Source: Eledone cirrhosa
Taxonomy: Eukaryota
NCBI GenBank assembly: GCA_964016885.1
Contig: OZ024754.1
Span: 15,066,001 to 15,130,000, forward strand
Reading direction: 5' to 3'
Length of the DNA stretch: 64,000 nt
Shown here: positions 54,814-64,000 of the stretch, in pieces
Numbering within the stretch: position 1 is the first letter of the stretch
How the letters are laid out: the number at the start of each line of letters is the position of its first letter
The notes under the pieces: generated by a model
What the model was told of the DNA's origin: nothing
The model's database searches: none
The model's input: only the letters and a program-made list of their open reading frames with translations
Translations under genes and position numbers: made by a program

Positions 54814-55543
54814 TATTTAAATTTAGATTTTAATTTTAAAATTTTAAAATTTAAATTTTAATTTTATTTATTTATTTAATTTTTATTTATTTATTTATTT
54901 ATTTCTTTATTTATTTATTTAATTACATTTAATTACATTTAATTATACATATAATTATAATTACACATTTGATTTTAATTTTAATTTAGTCTATGTTATT
55001 TGATTTTAGTTTACCTTATTTTATCTTATTTTACGATTATACTATATTATGTTCTATGTATATAATTTTTAATTTTTAATTGTATATTATTTTATCTCAT
55101 TCCTTACCCTATATTTTATATTTTATATGTAAGTTTGTTATGTATTTCTTTGTATTTCTTTTTATATATATTATAAGTCTGTTTTTTACCTATTTTTTAC
55201 TTATTTTTTACCTATTTGTTACCTACTCTTACCTAATCCCATTATCTTATCTACTCTTGTCTGTTCTCTTATCCATGTGTCTACTCTTGTCTGTTCTCTT
55301 ATCCATGTGTATGCTTGTATGTAACTATATGTTGACAGCACACCGCCCAACTGTGACAGATAGCACCCCTTATTTTTATTTTTTTATTTTTTTTTTTTAT
55401 TTTTTTTTTTTTTTTTATTTATTTATTTTTTTTTTTTACTTTTATTTTTATTTTTTATTCTTATCCTCTATCGTCTATTATTACCTTTCATTCTTCAATG
55501 TCTTGGATTTGTTATTGCTTGTATGGTATGTAATTAACCTTTA

Positions 55544-55589
55544 TGCTCTGATGAGTCCCACTTATAGTGTGGATGAAACAATGTTAGCA
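55544..55589 (+). ncRNA. Type I hammerhead ribozyme in PLE 3' end
   Basis: TGCT-CTGATGA-GTCC-CACT-tat-AGTG-TGGAT-GAAACAATGTT-AGCA. Confidence 0.78.
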
Positions 55590-55632
55590 AGTAAAGATAT
55601 GCATATGCTATAAGCGTTCTTTGTTATTTATT

Positions 55633-55701
<69 letters not shown>

Positions 55702-55853
55702 TATATATATTTGTCATATATAATAAATTGATGGAACTATATAATGGATGGAACTATATAATAAACATATATAATAAATTGATGGAACTAGCATGTGTTT
55801 CACTGGTAGGACCAGGTATGTCAAATTTATTTATAAAACGGTTTATATATTGT

Positions 55854-55917
55854 ATTTTGTCTGAGGAAGGCATACCATATTTTTAATATGGTATCCCTGA
55901 AATATATATAATGAAAT
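55854..55917 (+). ncRNA. Type I hammerhead in 5' pLTR
   Basis: ATTTTGT-CTGAGGA...ATACCATATT/AATATGGTAT...GAAATATATATA-ATGAAAT. Confidence 0.75.
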
Positions 55918-56098
55918 AAATATGGTTTTATAAATATAGTTTCCATTTTTTTAATATCGTAAACCTACTCCAAAACCTGTTGAGTGCTTTTATATCAGTT
56001 ATAAAATATTTACTCGTTGTAACCCTACAATTTTAAATAAAACTTTTGCATATATTTTGCTCCAATACTGTTGAGCGCTTTATATTATAACTGAAAAA

Positions 56099-58288
56099 AT
56101 GGAATTCTTTAAGATCTCTTCTTCTCTAAAAGACATACCTCTACCTAGAAACAAGGACTTTATTAAACAACTAATAGATAAATCAGACTCTTTTATAAGG
56201 AGAATCAGGTGGCGTGCATTCCACTTTGATAAATCTAATATAAATGAAAATGTCTCAGACTTAGACAAAGTTTTCAAATCTAAAAAAAATCCACCCCCCA
56301 ACAAACTTTTAATTGATTTTGAAAACGATATAATTTCTATCATACAAGGAGTCAAATTCAAGAGAAACTTCAAAGGCCAGGAATATCTGAAAAGCATTAA
56401 GGATAATATTGTGAGCTTAGAGAGAACAGAGAAGATCTTGGTGAAATCGGACAAAACCAACAACCTCTATGGAGTGGAAAAAGACATGTATAATGGCCTC
56501 ATACTGAAAGAACTAAGGAAAAAGTACAAGGTAGCAGATAAGGCTGAACTTGAGAAAATGAATGTTGAGGCATCTTGTATAATGCATGAGTTGGAAATTG
56601 AAAACAAAACACAACCTTTCGTGCCCAGGAAACCCAAGATCAATATGAAAGATCACAAAAGGAATTTTGAAATTGACTTGCCAGTCAGATTGATTGCACC
56701 ATCAAAATCTGACCTGGGTAAGCTTAGCAAAAACATTCTAGACAGGGTGATACAGCAGGTTAAAAACTTGAACTGTTTACCTAACTTGACCTTGTGGAAG
56801 GGAACTGGGGAGGTCATTGAGTGGTTTAATGAAATTAAATATAACAATAATAATAAATTTATTCAACTAGATATTGCTAACTACTATTCATCTATTACCC
56901 CTAATCTACTAAATAAGGCTCTAAATTACGCATTCAAACATACAGACCTAACTAGCAATGAAATGCACATTATATTATCGGCAAGGAAAACATTGATAGA
57001 ATTTAATAACCAACTATGGACTAGGGCAGATAGAGATAATAATTTTGACATTACTATGGGATCATCCGACTCAGCTCAGGTAACGGACCTTGTGGGCCTA
57101 TTTATAATTAATTCGCTGCATAGGAAAATACCCGGTCTTACCGGAGGATTATATAGAGATGACATGCTTTTACTTATTGAAAATAATAACTCTGAACTAA
57201 ATAGAAAAAGAAAACAAATTATACAATTTTTTAATTACCTTAATCTAAAAATAGAAATTGAGAATAACCATAGAATAGTCAATTTCCTATCCATTTCACA
57301 AGTTAAATGAAAACTTGAATTATGTCAGTTTTAGCTCTAATCACCCCAGATCTGTCAAAAATACTATAGTGAACTCTGTTCAAAAACGTATCTCTAGAAT
57401 CTCATCTAATAAAAATATTTTCGACGAAAAAGCCCAGTATTACAATGATGCGTTAGCTAGAGCAGGATATAGTGATAAAATTATGTACATCGATAATAGA
57501 CAAACTAACCGAAATAACAACAATTTTAATCACAGTAATAACTTTAACAACTATAATAGAAAGCATTACAATAATTCCAAAAACCAGAAAAGAAATAGAA
57601 CTAGAAATATAATATGGTTTGCCCCCCCCCCCCTTTCTCACTAAACATTAAAACCCACATCGCTAAACTATTTTTTAATGCTCTTGACAAACGCTTCCGT
57701 AGAACACATAAGTATCACTCAATTTTCAATAGACATACTATAAAATTAACATACTCGTCCACCAAAAATTTAGCACAAAATATTAATAGAATAAATAATA
57801 GGAATCTAAAACCTAGCCAAAATACCGAAAATAGCCTAAACAATATTCAAGTAAACAACTGTAACTGTAGAGATAGATCTAAATGTCCGCTAAATAACAA
57901 TTGCTTAGTTAAAAATATAATATACAACTGTAATGTTAAAACTGACTTAAATTCTTTTAATTATGTTGGTTCCACCTCGACAGAATTTAAACTTCGCTAT
58001 AATAATCACAAGAATTCTTTCACGGATCCAAGTAAAAAATCTTCAACATCACTATCAGGTTTACTCTGGCAACTTAAACATGATAACGTTGGATATTCGA
58101 TGGTTTGGAATATAGTCTCAAAAGGGATTCCTTTTAATTCCTCTTCTGAGACATGTGACCTCTGCGCGGAGGAGATATTCTTTATACTAAAATCTAAAAA
58201 TTCCCTTAATTTACGGACCAATTTATTCAGCTGTTGCAGACATAGATTGAACTCAACTTTTAAATATAAATATAAATTTAAAATGTAG
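56099..58288 (+). pseudogene. PLE polyprotein (RT + GIY-YIG endonuclease), disrupted by a small deletion (~57290) and a poly-C frameshift (~57622)
   Basis: SLKDIP, RRIRWRA, KSDKTNNLY, KDHK.NF...P.RLI.PSKSDLGK, DIANYYSSI, MGSSDSAQ, YRDD, CNC...CPL...C, YVGST, CDLC.EE, CRHR. Confidence 0.93.
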
Positions 58289-59781
58289 TATATTTACTTA
58301 AGTTATTTAACTATTTATGAAACTTGCCGATAAATCTTTTGATTCCTTCAATTTTTTTAAAACCTTCTGCATGAGTATATAAATTAATAAGATTAATTAA
58401 AGTACCCTATAATGGTGATGTTCCCAATCTATTGAATACATTTTTAAGCTAGATAAACTTCTATAATAAATATAAGAGCATTTGTAGAATAAATTTTTTT
58501 TGAATGATTTCTGCTAAATAAGGTTTGTTGAATAATTTTGGTTTAGTTTACTTTTGATTCTGATTGCTTCTAATGAACTTGACAATATATTGTCAAATAA
58601 ATTTGAAGGGTGGTTTTCTGTGGTTGATATGCGTGGCATACTATGTTTTATTGCGTCCCTAGTTACTCTGTGGAGTGACGAAGATATTCTTGGCGTTTTT
58701 AATATATATTTTTTTAATATATTTTTTAATATATTTTTAATATATTGATATCTGTTGTCTATTCTATGCTTGAACGATAATCATGTAAGTGAGGGCAAGA
58801 ATATTATTATTAATGTACACTTTATGTCTATATATATATGTATGTACATATATGTATGGTGGAATCTTTTGTAACGCAATGAAGCTTTGCATGTAAATAT
58901 GAATTTACAGAGCCGATCACGTAAATTCACATGTGTGTCCATAATTGTCAACTTGAATTTGAGATAACCTTCTCTTTTCTCTTTTTCTTTTTTTATGAAA
59001 ATACATATATACTTATGTATTTCAGTATTTTTGAAGTTTTATCTCAGATTTTGCTTATAAACCTAAGAATTTTTAAACTAAACATGGGGTCATTATTTTT
59101 TCATTTTTTCACACATTATTGATATGTGTCTCATTCATGAATATTGATATCTACATTGTAATACCTAATCCATATGAATTGATAATTCAAATGGACGAGA
59201 CATAATATTTTAAATATATCATCTTTCTTTCTTTTTCTCCTCTACACTTGACGGGACTTATATATCGGCTGTTTTTAACTGTATCTCTCCCACCTCGTAT
59301 GATAGATATTACTCGATCTACCTCTTTTCTCCCACCACATATATCTCTCTCTACCTCTCTTTATTTATCTTCTTTCTCTCCGTATCCTTAACACTATAAC
59401 TAAATAAATAAATAAATAAATAAATAATTACAGTACCCCCTTCCCTCCTTAATATCTCATTTGTACGCTGATCATCTGTCTCCAAGCTGCCTATCATTTT
59501 TCACTTCCTCAATATATTTCTCTCTACCATATCTCTTTCTCTCTATCTCGCTCTGTTGTTTTCTTTACATACATCTCTTCATCTTCTTCTCTAACTGTCC
59601 TTAGCACTATACACTTTCTTTCTTCTTCTCTTCTTTTTTCTTTGTTCTTCTTTTTTTCTTTTTTCTCTTCGTCCTTCTTTTTAACTGTCCTCAACATTAT
59701 CACTACCAAATCAACTTTTTAAATGGAAGTTGCACTGTTCTAGGTATGTCAAATTTATTTATAAAACGGTTTATATATTGT

Positions 59782-59845
59782 ATTTTGTCTGAGGAAGGCA
59801 TACCATATTTTTAATATGGTATCCCTGAAATATATATAATGAAAT
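59782..59845 (+). ncRNA. Type I hammerhead in 3' pLTR
   Basis: Identical to 55854-55917. Confidence 0.75.
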
Positions 59846-59994
59846 AAATATGGTTTTATAAATATAGTTTCCATTTGTTTAATATCGTAAACCTACTCCA
59901 AAACCTGTTGAGTGCTTTTATATCAGTTATAAAATATTTACTCGTTGTAACCCTACAATTTTAAATAAAACTTTTGCATATATATATATATATA

Positions 59995-60790
59995 AATTAA
60001 TATGTATGTGATGAAACACAGATACCAACACATCTGTATATATATTGCGAAAGAAAAATTTAGCCAGATTGAAGTATACTAATTATTATACTACAGTTTG
60101 TCCATATCGATTTAAAATAATAAATTTCTTTCGCAATATATATACAGATGTGTTGGTATCTGTGTTTCATCACATACATATTAATTTATAAACTGCTCAG
60201 AGGATATATTTTTCCTCATTCGAGCTGATTCCATTGTAAAAGAATTCATTACCTTATTAATTTTAATCTGCTCCTAGTTTGAGCTGCAAAGCCGCCTCAT
60301 ATACACGACTGTTATTTCTAGCAGTACGGTTATGAGACTAGTTAGATACTGTAAAGCCATGTGCGCCACGCAGTCTTTTAAATTATTTAGAAGTGAAGCA
60401 TATCTATTTGTCTCTGGATGTTTACTGAGGAGAGCGGGACATGATAATCCTACACTTATTTAACTCGAAACATATTTGGATCTTAAAGTCTAAACTTATC
60501 TACGGAACAGGTTTGATTTTGAAATTTAAATGTGTCTAAACATCACGGCCTTTTGCCAATACAGTTCGTCTCCGTTGATTTATTATTTTAAATCGATATG
60601 GACAAACTGTAGTATAATAATTAGTATACTTCAATCTGGCTAAATTTTTCTTTCGCAATATATATACAGATGTGTTGGTATCTGTGTTTCATCACATACA
60701 TATTAATTTATAAACTGCTCAGAGGATATACTTTTCCTCATTCGAGCTGATTCCATTGTAAAAGAATTCATTACCTTATTAATTTTACCT
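59995..60790 (+). mobile_element. Non-autonomous PLE-like unit: inverted 5' arm plus partial tandem repeat with HHR
   Basis: 59995-60121 is reverse complement of ~60582-60710; 60124-60265 repeats at ~60645-60787. Confidence 0.7.
60417..60544 (+). ncRNA. Type I hammerhead with long loop III
   Basis: Stem I GATGTTTA/TAAACATC, CTGAGGA, stem II GAG/CTC, GAAA, stem III ACATATTT/AAATGTGT, GUC. Confidence 0.75.
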
Positions 60791-60863
60791 TATTAATATA
60801 TATATATATATATATATTTATCGAGCCCTCTTTGGATTTTAGTCTTCAAATTTATTATTATTA

Positions 60864-60902
<39 letters not shown>

Positions 60903-61462
60903 TGTGTGTATGTATGTATATATATATATGTTAATGTGTGTGTATGCATGTATGTATGTATGTATATATATATATATATGTTAATGTGTGAGTGTATGTG
61001 TGTGTCTGTATGTGTATATGTATGTGTATGTGTATATGTATGTGTATATGTATGTGTATATGTATGTCGTCTTCAACTATCTTAGAGTGGTTCATGAGTT
61101 TTAGGAAAGTCACTAGGATGAAGGCAGGTGTATAAAGGTGTATAAAGGTGTATTATAAATCCTACATAAAGTAAGACATTACTCAAATCAGTTCTGTAGC
61201 ATGTAATGCCTTTTTACATAACACAAGCTAGGTGTCTAATGGACGATCAATTTTTCTCTCACTCTCTCTGTATATATCTTTAAGCGATCGACTTTCGTCA
61301 AATCGGACCGAGGAAACAATGTTTCCGTTGGTCTTTCCAATTGCTAATACTATCTATCGGTCGCAACTCCAGGTAGAAGAAGCAACGTGAAATAAAGTGT
61401 CTTGCTCAAGGACATAACGCATCGCCTGGTCCAGGAATCGAACTCACAACTTCACGATTGCG

Positions 61463-61527
<65 letters not shown>

Positions 61528-61819
61528 TATGTATACGTACATACATATATGTATACAGATGTACAGTAGTATGTATATATATATACATACATGCACACAT
61601 ATATATATGTACGTATGGATTCACCGAACATTTATTATAATAAATGTTCGGTCAATCCATACGTACATATATATATATATATGTGCATGTATGTGTATAT
61701 ATATATATATATACATACTACTGTACGTCTGTAGACATATATGTATTTACGTATACATACTTATATTTAAGTAACAGCCGTACTAAGAGTGAGAAATGAA
61801 ATTTCGTTTCCTTTTTTCC

Positions 61820-61876
<57 letters not shown>

Positions 61877-62084
61877 CTAAAATCCGAAGAGGGCTCGATA
61901 AGGATTACACACACACACACACACACACATATATATTTATTAAAATAACAGATCAAAGTTTAAGCAGAGAATCGCTGCTTTCACCCTTAACGGGATCTTC
62001 TGAAACTCTTTGGATTTTAGTCTTCAAATTTATTATTATTACTATATATATATATATATATAAATAATAAGAGTAATAATAATA

Positions 62085-62270
62085 ATTGTTTCTACTTTAG
62101 GCACAAGGCCAGCAATACCCAGTGCATTACTGGTACTTTATTTTATCGACCCCGTAAGGATGAAAGGCAAAGTCAACCTCGGCGAGATTTGAACTCAGAT
62201 CGTAAAGGGACATAACTATGCTGGAAAGCATGGCGTCCGACCCTCTACCGATACTGCCAATCCACCGCCC
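62085..62270 (-). mobile_element. tRNA-derived SINE
   Basis: Reverse complement of 14575-14762 family with A and B boxes. Confidence 0.85.
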
Positions 62271-62458
62271 TAGTTATATTAGGAAGCTGTCTAATATAAT
62301 GACAGCCTCCTACTTTAATGGTCGCTATATTTATAAAACTGTTTATATATTGTATTTTATCTGACAAAGGCATGCCATATTTTTAATATGGTATCCCTGA
62401 AATATGTATAATGAAATAAATATGGTTTTATAAATATAGTTTCCATTTGTTTAATATC

Positions 62459-62503
<45 letters not shown>

Positions 62504-62599
62504 TGACAGTGAAAGGTTTGCATTATCTATTTTCAAATTTACCTCAAGTCCTACCGAACTAACTTTAATCTACCTACCTATCTATCTACCTATTTTTCT

Positions 62600-63153
62600 A
62601 TCTATTGTAACGATCAAGCCGCCTCCTCTCTTCAAAAACGAAGGAGAGGCGGTGTTTCTGTGCGTAATAGCCGTGGCGAAAGAGGTTGTGTGGTGGACGC
62701 GTCTGAAACGACTGAGGTCAGGCACCTTTCTCTCTGGCCAACAACTCGTCTGTTTCTTCCGATATCATTTCGGAAGAAGGATCAGGATGGAGAGAGAGGT
62801 GCTGCACCCCAGCCGTTTTTATGAAAGATGGGTGAAAGTGGCGAGAATGGCACTTGTGAATGGGCCTTCACTCTACATCAGACTGTAGGTGATAAAGATG
62901 AATGATCAAGGGAGCACCCTCTCTCTGTGCTCCTGAGGAGAAGGGTTGCACACTTTTTTCGGGGGGGGGTGCGACCCCCCCCCCCCAAGGCGCCTCCTCC
63001 CTATTGAGGATTTTGTTATTCAATTTATTTTTGTTATATTTTATAATTTTATATTTTGTTATTGCCTCCTCCTTAGTGAGGACGCCTTTTTATGTAAACT
63101 ACCCCCATTGTACTTGTCCCACTCTTTGATGCCCTGGTGGCAAATAAAAAGAA
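62600..63153 (+). mobile_element. L1-Tx1 clade short 3' fragment
   Basis: Similar to 32782-33336; flanked by (TCTA)n-like tracts. Confidence 0.85.
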
Positions 63154-63659
63154 AGTTATCTATCTATCTATCTATCTATTTATCTATCTATCTCACCATG
63201 TGTCTGTCGCTCTAACTTTATTATATAATGAACTCCTCCAACCTATTAGACCGAAAGTGTATTCTTCAGATATGTCAATCAATTCACCTTAACCTTTGTT
63301 ATCCCTCTGCCTCTCTCTCTCCCCCCTCTCTCACTTTCTTTCTCGTCTTTTCACTGTCTCCTTTTCTCAAGATTCACAATCTCAAGAGTGATTCTTCTTC
63401 ACGAGACCAATAGACTCCAAATTAAAAAAGTATAACAAAAATAAAGAGTTCGGCGTCTGTCCATAAGATGAAAAGACGTAAGTTGTCAGTTAATTCCACA
63501 AGAAAACTGACTTATCTAACACCTACCATTCACTTGATGATTAACTATTCAAGTGCATCATAATTTATTAATTTGATTAATTGATAGTGAACAATTTATG
63601 ATTTGTTCTACAGATTGATTGATGATTAAACGCGGACGACTAACTCTCGTAGAACAGAC

Positions 63660-64000
63660 CGGCAGACACACAGCCAGACAGATACACACATAGATACACA
63701 GACACACACCCATACATATACACAGACACATACCCATACAGATACACACATAGATACACAGACACACAGCCATACAGATACACACATAGATACACAGACA
63801 CACAGCCATACAGATACACACATAGATACACAGACACACACCCATACAGATACACAGACACACACCCATACAGATACACACATAGATACACAGACACACA
63901 CCCATACAGATACACACATAGATACACAGACACACACCCACATAGATACACACATAGATACACAGATACACACCCATACAGATACACACATGGATACACA
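63660..64000. repeat. ~32-bp CA-rich minisatellite
   Basis: ccatacagatacacacatagatacacagacacaca units. Confidence 0.9.

Larger units (their letters stand above)
50278..55638 (+). mobile_element. 5'-truncated Naiad-type PLE (GIY-YIG 52268-52957, long 3' UTR) with ~1.9-kb inverted copy
   Basis: CNC...CPLNG.C, IVY.C, YIGST, CNLC..E, CPHR; arms 50368-52268 and 53509-55638; both outer ends in (TA)n. Confidence 0.92.
55814..59983 (+). mobile_element. Near full-length Naiad-type Penelope-like element with direct pLTRs
   Basis: ~242-bp near-identical direct repeats 55814-56055 and 59742-59983 each with an HHR, flanking RT + GIY-YIG ORF; ends in (TA)n. Confidence 0.95.

Overview
Eukaryotic, AT- and microsatellite-rich DNA, most likely an octopus/coleoid cephalopod genome (inferred from the SINE families and repeat density). 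Only one host coding exon is recognisable: a class B (secretin-family) GPCR TM3-TM4 exon at 1668-1818 (-). The rest is a retroelement landscape nested in simple repeats. It includes Naiad-type Penelope-like elements (PLE; RT + C-terminal GIY-YIG, one nearly full length with pLTRs) and many short fold-back derivatives in (TA)n, R4/Dong-like elements in (CATA)n, L1-Tx1 3' ends in (TCTA)n, an RTE in (CA)n, tRNA-SINEs and a Lep1-like Helitron. The most striking signal is about 22 type I hammerhead ribozyme (HHR) motifs folded by eye. They include core variants, very long stem II/III insertions, and ~460-bp tandem retrozyme-like units in which a conserved octamer/PSE-like/TATA cassette precedes the HHR. 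One Naiad copy has TGA exactly at a conserved Cys (possible selenocysteine). All calls are by eye; element boundaries are approximate.
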